Source: Cyanidioschyzon merolae (taxonomy: Eukaryota). From it: 64,000 nt of DNA. Shown here piece by piece: positions 11,261 through 21,612 of this stretch. The notes beneath the pieces were generated by a model that was not told the origin of the DNA, ran no database searches, and was given only the letters and a program-made list of their open reading frames with translations. The stretch is from assembly GCA_000091205.1 (NCBI GenBank), contig AP006496.2; one strand, given 5' to 3'. Made by a program: the position numbers and the translations under genes. How positions within the stretch are numbered: the stretch's first letter is position 1; each line of letters starts with the position of its first letter.

Positions 11261-12841
11261 ATGGTACAGCTCTTCTCACTGGCAGGCTTTATCATTACGT
11301 TTCGCGAGATCCTCGAGGCCTGCATCGTGGTCTCGATCTGTCTGGCATAACTGCGGCGCACCAAGAATGAGCGCTACCTCAGAGACGTCTGGCTGGGCGT
11401 TGCAGCCGGCGTCGGTGTGCTCATCGTCATTGGAATCGCATTCGGCATCGTTTTCTGGACGCGCGGCCAGAAGCTGTATACGGGTCTCACTGAGCTGCTC
11501 TTCGAGGCCATTGTCCGACTGGTGGCGGTAGTGCTCATCACGTGGATGATCTTCTGGATGCTCAACACGGCCGCGCACATGCGCCGCGACCTCGAGGGCG
11601 GGATAGCGCGGGCGCTGTCGAGGCGCGGCCGATGGGGCGTTGCGCTGCTCGTCTTCACGTCCGTGCTGCGTGAGGGCGTCGAGCTCATCGTATTCCTGTT
11701 CGGAATCACGGGCGGTGTCTCGTGGAGCTCGATTCCCATCGCCGCAGCCGTCGGCGTGGCCGTTGCGCTGGTCGTCGCCTGGGCAATCTACCGCGGGGCG
11801 CTCGCCTTCGATCTGCGCCTCTTCTTCGCGCTCTCGTCGCTGCTGCTGATCGCATTCGCTGCGGGCTTCCTGTCGACGGCCTTCCTGGACCTCCAGAAAG
11901 CGAACCTGTTCGGGGCATTCACGCGCAACGGCAACGAGGACGAGTCGATTCCATCCACGCAGCGGCCGTGGTGGAATGCCGCGCTCTGGTCCACCGAGGC
12001 CTGCTGCGCGGACGACGGGAACGAGTTCTTCAACCTGCTGCACGAGCTCTTCGGATACGTGGATGCGCCGACCTTCGTCTCCACTGTCGTCTACTTCGGT
12101 TACTGGACCCTGGCTGGCGTGCTCTGGATCATCGTTGAGCGACGCACCCTGGAGCGCAAACTCTGCCAAATGCACACCGGGTACCTCGTATCGACTGCGT
12201 TCCTGGCGGTAGCTGCCGTGGTGGGGCTCGTCGTCGCCGCTCGCAGCCCGACATGGAACGGCATCCTGGTGACGTGCCTGACTCTGGTGCTGGCGATCAT
12301 CGGTGTAGGTGCCGCCAGCGCACCCCATGCAGCGCTACCGCCGCGTGCGCGTTTCGCCCTCCAGGGCTCCTGCTGGATAGGCCTCGTGCTGGTAGCGTGC
12401 CTGGCGCTGGCGCTGCAGGTTGCACAGGCGATCTGCTCGCCGCAGATTGGCGCGTCGCAGTACTGCTCTATCTCCGATTTCTACTATTGGTTCGTCATCT
12501 TCTCCCCGGACTGGATCGCAAAGACACGGGACGATAACAGCTTCCACGCGCTCGCGGTGCTTACCGTGTCGATATGCTTCACGATGCTGTTCTGCCTCGG
12601 ACAGGGCCTGGTCGGCTTCTACGAGTGGAAGCGTTCAGCGCTGGCGATGCAGCGTGCTGGACAAGCGCCAGCGGCTCTCGCCAAACAGGCGAATACATCC
12701 TCGGATCTGGAAGGCGGGAAATCCACGCCGCTCGATGACTCCTCGATCGATGAGCTTACCTGGGAAGCGCTCGATTCGACGCAGCCTCCGCAGCACGCGT
12801 CGCAGATCGAGATCTCGGCGAGACGGATGCTGGCGGATTGA
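11261..12841 (+). CDS. FTR1: FTR1-family high-affinity iron permease, interrupted by an in-frame TAA at 11348-11350 (codon 30); candidate pseudogene, readthrough or sequence error
   Basis: The ATG at 11261 gives MVQLFSLAGFIITFREILEACIVVSICLA*LRRTKNERYL... The same frame continues unbroken to 12841. It contains both FTR1 RExxE motifs (REILEAC in TM1, REGVELIVFLFGITGG in TM4) and about 7 TM segments. The TAA sits where FTR1 homologues have an aromatic or hydrophobic residue (TAT or TAC would give LAYLRRTK). The first in-frame ATG downstream is at about 11546, which would remove TM1. Confidence 0.75.
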
Positions 12842-13506
12842 ATCAGGGCGCAGCGCGGCACCAGGTCACCGCCGACGACTAGGCGGTACTCATAACAGCG
12901 AGCGCAATCCATGTGCAACGCGACGTATCGCACTTGCCGATTCAAAGAGAATGACAGCGCCTGTGGTTACCCGTCGCGGAGCCGTTCGCATGGTGATAGC
13001 GTCGGCATCACCTGACACCCACTCCGTGGCGCTATGGTGCTTTGCCAAGAACGCGCCCCTGGTTGCCACAGCGTTGCGTACCAGCGAATGGATCATGCGT
13101 CGAGCGCTGCTCTGGTGCGATCATAGACAAGTTCACGTCGAATACTTTGCGCACCGCTGTACCGCATACCGATGACTCGTCTAGCATGCACTGCTACCGT
13201 ACAGTAAAGAACGCTCGTGCAATGCGTATCCCGTTTCTCGCTATCCTGAAAGACAACGGCTCCTCGAGCACACAATATCTCAGCATGCAGGAGTCGAGAC
13301 GCTCTCATCAAGCAGCGCAGCGGCTCCAGCGCCCTGCACGATTGCCCGACGAAACGCCTGGGGCGCGCCCCGATCAAATACCCGAGACACGCCATGCGCG
13401 GGAAACCTGGGGCAGTACTGTTTCGCCTGCAAGTAGGAGGGTGCACTCAAGTGATATCCAGAACTTCCCGCAGCGTGGACACGAGTGCCAACAGGTCGCT
13501 TCAAGT

Positions 13507-14421
13507 ATGCCAGACGAGATCGCTCAAGTTCGTTTTCTGATAGTCGGACGCACCGGTTGGATCGCCAACATGGTTGCAGAGCTACTTGAGCAGCGCGGTG
13601 AGCGGTACGCGTTTGCGAGCTTCCGTCTCGAGCAGCGCGAGGCCTGTGAGCGCGAACTGGACGCGCTGCGCCCACAGCGGGTCCTGAACTGTGCTGGGGT
13701 CACTGGGCGTCCGAACGTCGACTGGTGCGAGGACCACCGGCGCGAGACCGTCCGCAGTAACGTACTGGGCGTGCTGAACCTGGCGGACTGCTGCGCGTCG
13801 CGCGGGATCCACCTCACCAACTTTGCTACCGGCTGTCTATACCACTACGACGACGGCGAGCACCGGCCGACGGCTGAGGGCGGCAGACCCTTCACGGAGG
13901 ACGATCCGCCGAACTTTTTCGGTAGCTACTACAGTCGCACCAAGGCCATGGTGGAGGAGCTGCTGCGCAGCGCTTTTGACAATGTGCTCATCCTGCGACT
14001 GCGCATGCCCGTGAGCGACGACCTGTCGCCGCGCAGCTTTGTCACGAAAATCGCACGCTACGAAAAGGTTGTGAATATCCCCAACAGCATGACGGTTTTG
14101 ACGGAGCTGCTGCTAGTGGCACTGGATATGAGCGAGCGCGGCCTTACGGGCGTGTACAACTTTACCAATCCGGGTAGCATCTCGCATAACGAGGTCCTGG
14201 AGCTTTACAGAAAATATATCGATCCAAAGTTCCAATGGAAGAACTTTACGCTCGAGGAGCAGGCAAAAATCCTCAAGGCCGGCCGCTCCAACTGCGAGCT
14301 CGACGTCCGCAAACTGCTGCGGGACAATCCCGGTGCCCAGATCCGCGAGGTCCACGCCGCCATGGAGGAGGTCTTTCGGCGCATGCAGGCGAAGGGTGTC
14401 AAGCCGCTGGCTGCGCCCTAG
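13507..14421 (+). CDS. UDP-4-keto-6-deoxy-D-glucose 3,5-epimerase/4-reductase (NRS/ER, UER1-type; second half of UDP-L-rhamnose synthesis)
   Basis: FLIVGRTGWIANMVAELL (N-terminal Rossmann GxxGxxG-like motif) and NCAGVTGRPNVDWCEDHRRETVRSNVLGVLNLADCC...YSRTKAMVEELL (the YxxxK of the SDR extended family). Overall collinear with plant NRS/ER and the RHM C-terminal domain. The longer ORF 13042..14421 has a non-homologous N-terminal extension, so the start is placed at the ATG at 13507. Confidence 0.85.
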   Translation: MPDEIAQVRFLIVGRTGWIANMVAELLEQRGERYAFASFRLEQREACERELDALRPQRVLNCAGVTGRPNVDWCEDHRRETVRSNVLGVLNLADCCASRGIHLTNFATGCLYHYDDGEHRPTAEGGRPFTEDDPPNFFGSYYSRTKAMVEELLRSAFDNVLILRLRMPVSDDLSPRSFVTKIARYEKVVNIPNSMTVLTELLLVALDMSERGLTGVYNFTNPGSISHNEVLELYRKYIDPKFQWKNFTLEEQAKILKAGRSNCELDVRKLLRDNPGAQIREVHAAMEEVFRRMQAKGVKPLAAP

Positions 14422-15631
14422 TATAGCACCGCAGGTGGCGTACTTTGCGGCAAAACGGTTACGCACCGAGTGACGGGTCGATGGCGTGCGCTCCCAGGGA
14501 CGACTCGCTTTGCGTGCAGGGAAGCGACTGCGACTGCAGGCGCGCTAGCACAATCCTGCACTGGGCGAAAGGAACGGAAGCGTCATTGGCACCAGGGCAC
14601 TTATTGCCGTGTAAGGCACCTTTCGACGCGGACCTCAAGGCTGACTGCGAGGCGTTCTGGAAAGACTTGCTCCGATAGGCTAGCTCCGCTGTGGCATCCG
14701 CTACAGGCGAAATCGGATACCGGGATGATCCAACTGCAGCGCCCTTCTAATAGTGATCCGTGTAAATGACGCAAGCTTCTGAAGAGAGTACATCAAAGTG
14801 GCGCAGGCATTTGTTCCTGGCGTTCATGTGTGCCTTCGAATGCAGCATCCAGGGGCCTGCAGGCATTGGCTGGACGACTGCCTGCTAGCAGCGGTCAGGA
14901 TTACAGGGATCCAAGGGACTCGATACGTGCATACGTGCATTACTGCATTCGTGCATGCTTCCATACGTAAAAACGTGTGAATGCTGGTGAGCACTGCGCG
15001 AATATGTGCACGCGCGCACGCTGCAGCATGGGAACACAGCGTTCTCGCCACGCTCTGGCTGGGATGTCTGAGCGATGGGAACGTGCTGTCGATGCTGCCA
15101 CATAAGCAGAGTCCGTCAAGGCCGACACGCTCGAGACAGCGCTCATGAATTGCATAGTGGAGCGGATTCACGTGCGCGAACACAGGAACGAACACACAAA
15201 CAAGTCCTAGTGGCAAGGCGAGTTTCAACAGATCCCCGAAAGCGCCCACACTCCGTACCTGCCAGCAACATCACTGTCGGTCGCTATCGCGCTGCTGCCC
15301 ACAGCGCGAATGATGCACACATATCTCCTTGGATTCATGCCGCCAGCCTCTGTGTTGATCCTTCTGCCCTACACCATGATGGAAGCGCGCGATCCACAGA
15401 GTGCGCGCGCAATCGCCGCCCGCCGCATCAGCGATGCGTGCGCGGTGGCGACGCTGCTGCCGCCATCATCGGTCGCATACCTGGGACACGTGTCTCGCTA
15501 GAGATGGATCCTGTTGAAACAGAAACGCGCGCCACGATCGTGGCGTTACCGCCTGTGCAGGCAGAGCGCGGAAGTAGCCGGTGCGTGTGGTTGTGTGTGT
15601 CCGAGTCGAAAGGCGCACGTTGGCAAAATAA

Positions 15632-16762
15632 ATGTCCTCGCAGAGCACGGCGCTTTCGAACGGTGCCAAGTCGGTAACCGGTGGACAGCCCGACGGGAAC
15701 TCGGACGCGCTGGTCGTCTACGGCGACCGTCTGCGCTTCGTGCCGCGGAATATCCTTGTGACTGGCGGTGCCGGCTTTATTGCCTCGCACGTTGTCGAAC
15801 GGCTCGTGAGTCGATATCCCCATTACCGCGTGACGGTACTGGACAAGCTCGACTACTGCTCGTCGCTGAGCAACCTCGCGCAGGTGGCAAACCGACCAAA
15901 CTTCAAGTTTATTCGCGGCGATATCCGCTCGCATGACCTGGTGCTCTACGTGCTCCAGGAGGAGTGCATCGATACAGTGCTCCACTTTGCGGCGTGCACG
16001 CACGTCGACAACTCGTTCACGTCCTCGATCCTGTTTACGGAGAACAACGTGCTGGGAACGCACGTCCTCCTGGAGTGCGCACGCCAGTACGGCAAAGTGC
16101 GGCGCTTCATTCACGTCAGCACCGATGAGGTGTACGGCGGCGAGAGCAACATGGAGACAGAGTCATCGATCCTGGCACCCACGAACCCGTACGCATGTAG
16201 CAAGGCCGCCGCCGAATTCATTTGCCGCGGCTACGTCAAGTCGTTCGGATTGCCGGTGATCATCACACGCGGCAACAACGTGTACGGGCCGCACCAGTTC
16301 CCCGACAAGCTCATTCCCAAGAGTATCTGTCTGCTGGCGCAACGCCGGCCCTGCTTTGTACACGGCTCTGGTGAGCATGCACGCAACTTTTTGTACGTCG
16401 AGGACGCGGCGAGCGCCTTTGACACCATCCTGCATTGTGGCGAGACCGATGAGGTCTACAATGTAGGCTCTGAGATCGAGAAACGCAACATTGACGTTGT
16501 GCACGACATTATCGATCTCTTCGGCCTGTCTGCCGAGGCGAACCGCCACATCGAGTTTGTCAAAGATCGCACCCTCAACGATATGCGCTACAGGATCGAC
16601 TCGTCGAAGCTGCATGCGCTTGGCTGGAGGCCGCAGGTGTCCTGGGAAGAGGGCCTGCGCCGAACCAAGACCTGGTACTGTGATCCGAATAACCTGAAGC
16701 GCTGGCCGAATTATCTCAGTGGCCTCGTACCGCATCCGAGTCTCACCGAGGAGAAGCACTAG
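15632..16762 (+). CDS. UDP-glucose 4,6-dehydratase (RHM N-terminal-domain type; first step of UDP-L-rhamnose synthesis)
   Basis: ILVTGGAGFIASHVVERL (GxxGxxG), YRVTVLDKLDYCSSLSNL, HFAACTHVDNSF, STDEVYG and YACSKAAAEFICRGY (YxxxK) are the dTDP/UDP-glucose 4,6-dehydratase hallmarks. Same strand as NRS/ER, 1.2 kb downstream. Confidence 0.9.
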   Translation: MSSQSTALSNGAKSVTGGQPDGNSDALVVYGDRLRFVPRNILVTGGAGFIASHVVERLVSRYPHYRVTVLDKLDYCSSLSNLAQVANRPNFKFIRGDIRSHDLVLYVLQEECIDTVLHFAACTHVDNSFTSSILFTENNVLGTHVLLECARQYGKVRRFIHVSTDEVYGGESNMETESSILAPTNPYACSKAAAEFICRGYVKSFGLPVIITRGNNVYGPHQFPDKLIPKSICLLAQRRPCFVHGSGEHARNFLYVEDAASAFDTILHCGETDEVYNVGSEIEKRNIDVVHDIIDLFGLSAEANRHIEFVKDRTLNDMRYRIDSSKLHALGWRPQVSWEEGLRRTKTWYCDPNNLKRWPNYLSGLVPHPSLTEEKH

Positions 16763-17259
16763 GACGGCATTCATCGCGTACGCATTGAGCATGCGGCAGG
16801 CGAGAATTCGAGCGACACTGCCGCTGGTCTGTGCATCGCAGACGGCGATCCGCAGAGCAGCGTGGCATAGGATCGCCAGCGGATGCGCCTTTTGTACATG
16901 TATGACGGTTCCAAGCGTGTCTCAGGTGCGCCTCTCTCGACAAGTCTGTAATACGAGGCGCTTTCGTGTCGCCTGCAACACAGGACGCATCTGAAGCGAT
17001 GCGCACCGACGAAAGCGCGCATACTCTATCGACCGAGGGTCGTGGGCTTGCGACCTCATGATCTTGTGCCGGTTGCAGAGCGTATGTTACAACACACGAC
17101 AGCAGCAGGGCAGTTGACGCAGCACAGGTTCGCGCGCGGCAGGTACAGCGAGCTCTGGGCGGCGTCGGTTGCACCGATACGCTCTGCGCTCGACGCGCTT
17201 CTGTTGCATAAACGTGTACTGAGGCTGTGCTCCAATAACCTGCAAGACGCCTATGTCCC

Positions 17260-17904
17260 ATGCCACGCGGTTTGCAGAGGTATGCTTTCGTCGAGTTTGC
17301 GTCTGGAAGCGCGTTGTTACGGGTGCGGCGGGTGAAGCATTCGGCGTCAAGAACTAGCCGCACACCGGCACGCTGTGCTGTGTCAGAGCCGTCGCCAGCG
17401 TCACCGTCCAGTGGCGACCAGCCGACCCAGACAGTGCGTGTACGACCTGGTGAGCGGTCGCTGCGGCTGAATGCGCTACAGCGCTGGTTGCTCGGCCGAC
17501 TGAGGCGAAGCCTCGAGCGCCTCTCCCCCGGCAACGTGCCCAACCTGCTTAGGAGCGCCGTCGCGCGGGCGCGTGGTGCCCCCGCGGACCCACCGCCCTT
17601 GGACGATGACTACCTCGACAGTGTGCTGCTCCCAGAGTCAGATGAGCGGCACTTTATATCGCCGGCACTCCGACGCGTCCTGCGCGACGCGCCTGCGCAG
17701 CCTGCCAAGGGCGTTTACACAAGCGACCCGTCGCGGACGTTCTGGGAGCAACTGATCCTCTGGGCAGGCGTGGTGCTCGTCGCTCTCGCCGTCCTGCGCG
17801 TCCTTTGGCTCTTTATCAGTGCTATCCTGGGAATTTCGCTGAGTCTCATCGTCATCGCCGTCGTCACCGTGTTCGTTTTCGTGGCGTTCACAGTACTCGG
17901 CTAG
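17260..17904 (+). CDS. Hypothetical tail-anchored/C-terminal TM protein
   Basis: 214-aa ORF ending in a strongly hydrophobic stretch (WAGVVLVALAVLRVLWLFISAILGISLSLIVIAVVTVFVFVAFTVLG). No recognisable domain. Ends 15 bp from the convergent ORF 17919..19052. Confidence 0.3.
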   Translation: MPRGLQRYAFVEFASGSALLRVRRVKHSASRTSRTPARCAVSEPSPASPSSGDQPTQTVRVRPGERSLRLNALQRWLLGRLRRSLERLSPGNVPNLLRSAVARARGAPADPPPLDDDYLDSVLLPESDERHFISPALRRVLRDAPAQPAKGVYTSDPSRTFWEQLILWAGVVLVALAVLRVLWLFISAILGISLSLIVIAVVTVFVFVAFTVLG

Positions 17905-17918
17905 AGAATTGGGAACTA

Positions 17919-19052
17919 TCAGGGAACCGTACCGCTCCCAAACACATCCACGGGCTCATCGCAGAGCTGCCGACGAAGCAGGTGCAGCTGCGTACGCAGC
18001 CGGTAACCCCGCGGCTCCGGCACCGTACGCGCAACCTGCGTCCAAGCAGCAAGCACCGTGCGAAGCTGTTGCAAGACATGCCGACGCATCGAATGTATCG
18101 CCGCGGCAATGTCGGGAACGACATTCCAATCCAGCAGGAGCAAGTGCATCGCATCCACCATCCACTCTAGATCACTCGCATCGGAAGCGCGTCCCGACGT
18201 GCGGCCGGCCTCATAGCGTGGCAGGCACAGCGCGCCAGCGACACGTGCAAGTAGCATAACCGACGCGTGCCCTGCATCCGCCTCGGACGCACCATCATCG
18301 ATGCGGGCAACTGCAGACTCCAGTGCCTCAACCTGCAATTCAGTACGACGCGATACCCAGCTCTCCAGGAGACGCGCACATAGACACTTTTGAAGCCAAC
18401 GCGAGCGCCCTCGTGGTGGAATCACCCAAATCAAGGCAACGAGCGCCGGCAGCCAGCATCGTGTCAAGTGATCGTGCCCACAGAGGCGGCAATGCGGCAC
18501 GTCGTCGCGCACGCATCGGCACCAGCACGCAATCGCCGCATCAGTGGACACGCGATCCGCTGCGATGCCGATGACCTCTGCCAGCTGCGTGCGCCAATGA
18601 CGTGCCATCGCTGCTTGGCATGTGTAGATCGCCAGCACGTCGTCGATAAACGCCAGGAGCTGCTCGTCATTCCATGCTGCGGCGCGCAGGTTGCGTTTCA
18701 GCAGGTGCCAGAACGGCTCGAGGGTGCTGCGTATCTGCGTTAGCGCAGGCTCCGCAGCCGGGTTTTGTGTCGTCACCGCGGCTGCTGCTGTCTCCAGCAG
18801 CTGGTGCACGAACGCGCCCGGAAGCGTCAGAACGCGCTTCAAGCGGTGAGCGTGGCGATAGGCTGGGCATAGGGTCGACACTCGTGAGCTCGAGGCGCGT
18901 TTCGAATGGACAGGCTCGTCCAGCGCGCACACATCGCACCAGCCCAGGAGGCCGAGAGGAGAACGCGCGAGGGCCATGCAACCCAAGCGTCGCAGCGTCA
19001 CGTGCAGAGCGCCCATGGCTAGCATGTGTTGATCCCGGGGGGTATCACACAT
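17919..19052 (-). CDS. Hypothetical protein (377 aa, predicted helical), no recognisable family
   Basis: Long ORF with GC3-rich codon usage in an otherwise ORF-poor stretch. No motif I recognise. Confidence 0.4.
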   Translation of the reverse strand: MCDTPRDQHMLAMGALHVTLRRLGCMALARSPLGLLGWCDVCALDEPVHSKRASSSRVSTLCPAYRHAHRLKRVLTLPGAFVHQLLETAAAAVTTQNPAAEPALTQIRSTLEPFWHLLKRNLRAAAWNDEQLLAFIDDVLAIYTCQAAMARHWRTQLAEVIGIAADRVSTDAAIACWCRCVRDDVPHCRLCGHDHLTRCWLPALVALIWVIPPRGRSRWLQKCLCARLLESWVSRRTELQVEALESAVARIDDGASEADAGHASVMLLARVAGALCLPRYEAGRTSGRASDASDLEWMVDAMHLLLLDWNVVPDIAAAIHSMRRHVLQQLRTVLAAWTQVARTVPEPRGYRLRTQLHLLRRQLCDEPVDVFGSGTVP

Positions 19053-20823
19053 CTGCTGAGCGGCTCACTCAAACGGACGGTGACTTGACGTCCGAATTCT
19101 AATCATTCTAGCATGGCCCCATCTATGCTAGAAAACAAGTTCATCTGGTTCTAGCGAGCATGCTAAACTTCGATGCGCTTTTCACCTCTATCAATATCAA
19201 GCTTTGAGGCTCGTTCTGCAACCGCTTCGCTTTCTTCCCCCTCATTGTCGGTTTTGAGTACGCGAGTCTTTCGATTTCCATAGGCTCCTGCATATGGAGT
19301 CGGAGCAAGTAAAATCCAGGGTACCTGTCTGTTATCTCTGTCCCAGAGTAGCGCTGAGCGCAACGTATCGCAAGCTAGGGCGCCCACCCAATGAAACTGT
19401 GCTTGAAGGCGTTCTGTCAGGGAATGGCGCCCCTTGGTGGGAGCGGAGTGCACCTTTTTCCGAGATGCTGCAGAATATCTTTGGTACTCCGACGGGATAC
19501 ATCCCAAGGCGTAGCTGGTGCACATGAGCGTGCTGTGGCTTGTTTGATGAACAAGAAGTATATATAATATTTACGATTTATGCTTCGGTCATCTTTATTC
19601 TTCACGTTTCGCCGGAACTCGGCGATCCACAAATATACGAAGCCTACGAAACGAGCACCAACCCGCACGGCAATTTCAGTGACAGCGCTATCACCATCGA
19701 GCACCAGCTCGTAACGAGGACGACTTCAGGGATAGAAACGTGCATTCACTTCCATGAATCTGTTCTTCAAGGCCCCGCATGACGTGCTCAATCGCGGTTG
19801 ACACACGAAGAAGAGCTTTGGTTATCTAGCAGGACTTTCCTCTGTTTTTTTATTTTCTTCGGATAGAAGCCTTCGATCGGGGTCTTTTCTGTGATCAAAC
19901 AAGTACCGGAAGGCAATTCAAGTTTGAGAAAATGTACAGGAATTTCAATCTGCCCATATTCCTTTCGTGCAAATCGGCAATAAACGCCCCACACGTGGCC
20001 GTCGCTGTGAGTACTCGAGTCCGATTCCAGTATTCTTCGCCGAGCTGAATGAAAAGACGAGAGCCTCTGGAAGCCAATCCCGCGAGAATAATGATGCTTC
20101 TGTGGAATGCCGTTTCGCGTGTTGCCCCTCGGCGAAAAGGTATCGTTCTTCGAACGAGATCTGTTTTGTATCATAAAAGGTTAAACAAGCTTTCGGAATG
20201 AGCTGGTGAATTTTGCGCTAATATACGACATGGAAGTCCTATTCTTTGTCAATCAAACTGCACGGATTTTTGCAATAAGGAGTTCTTTCTGCATAAAAAT
20301 CAAAAACTTGAAGAATGCGTCTGATTTGCAGACAACATCTAAGGAGACCAGAATTATGTACCCTTGTGTTGAGGAATTGGATAATTGTGAGGTTAGCTTT
20401 GTAGACCGTCGTCCGAAGATCCGCGATAATCATGATTCTGCAGATTCAACGGATTTCGGTGGGAAAGATTCGAAAGTGACGCACCAAACCGACCCCGGAG
20501 GAACCTCTTTCTACCAACGAATCTGCAATCAAATATTGTGGTGCATGCGTTGCGTAAACCGTATAGGTAGAAATTGGAAAACGGATCGAAAAGCAACAAC
20601 AGAACGAGCAATTCAAAGTCTCATTGTTGTCGGACACGGGTCAAGTACTCTGTGACCGTGGCAATCGACGTCGTCCAAACCCGCGCGCACAAAGAATCTT
20701 GGATTCTGAAGGGAATGCTCTCAACTGGAGATAATTCTTATGTTATATTGAGCTCTGGCTCGCAGGCAGAGTACGTTGAGATTACGTCAGTCAATGTACA
20801 ATTTACGAATAGGTAAATAAATA

Positions 20824-21612
20824 CTACAAACCGAAGTCATCTATTCCGGTGTCGGCCGTTTCAGCGTCTGTCTGATCCTCTTGCGCTTCGCTCTCCGCGG
20901 CATGTCGTCGTTTCCGACGACGCACCGCGAATACAAGAAGCGCACAGCAACTAGACAGTAATAGAGTTCCAAGCACCACTATGATAACGATCACCCAGAC
21001 AGGGAGCGGACTCGAGCTCGAAGTGACCAATCCGGCTATAGTTACTGTTCCATTCGGCGCTACACAGACTGGAGAGCCGTAAAACTTGGATAGTTCAGCG
21101 CTGAGTGTGCCATTTTTCAACGCTTCGCGAAGTTCCGATGCGATCTGCAAAGCCGTTGAACCATCGGCATCCCAGACGCTCGTCGTATTATAAAGTATCA
21201 GAGATTGCGCACTGCCAATGCAACTTACAAACTCGTCTGCGTCCAACCTGAAGTCCGACTCACGAATACTTGACTTAGTGATCTCACGCGTACTATTCAC
21301 AATAAAACTCAGTGGAGTAATACCGAAGAGTACCTCCATGGCATGGCGAAGCGCGTCAGCCAACGCAGACTCAGAGGCAACACCCGTGAAAAACGCCTCA
21401 TTCAGTATCAGATGTACAGGATTGCCGGTTGTAGTACTCGAAACAGACACACTAGAAGAAGCAGATGCACTCAAAGAACTGGAGAAAGAAACGGACGCGC
21501 TCACAGACGCACTTGCATATTGGCTAGATGTGACCGAGACCGACGCAGATGCTAATGCTGACGCGGAGGCAGTGATGCTGAGGCTGTGGCTGACGCTACT
21601 CTGCGATTGTTG
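20824..21612 (-). CDS. Ser-rich type-I membrane protein segment (mucin-like stalk, single TM, acidic cytoplasmic tail); open frame extends upstream to 21612 without an ATG
   Basis: SASVSVTSSQYASASVSASVSFSSSLSASASSSVSVSSTTTG ... NGT sites ... TM VWVIVIIVVLGTLLLSSCCALLVFAV followed by RRRKRRH. The ORF track starts it at a GTG. The frame stays open to 21612 and overlaps the end of the upstream ORF in another frame. Confidence 0.5.
   Translation of the reverse strand, partial: QQSQSSVSHSLSITASASALASASVSVTSSQYASASVSASVSFSSSLSASASSSVSVSSTTTGNPVHLILNEAFFTGVASESALADALRHAMEVLFGITPLSFIVNSTREITKSSIRESDFRLDADEFVSCIGSAQSLILYNTTSVWDADGSTALQIASELREALKNGTLSAELSKFYGSPVCVAPNGTVTIAGLVTSSSSPLPVWVIVIIVVLGTLLLSSCCALLVFAVRRRKRRHAAESEAQEDQTDAETADTGIDDFGL

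Noticed and set aside
13042-16762. Trypanosomatid-style polycistronic cluster, considered because of the GC-rich, intronless genes and the Fe-SOD.
   Set aside because: Genes alternate strands every 1-3 genes across the window (+ + + + - - - + + - + + - - + - + -), which is incompatible with long directional gene clusters.
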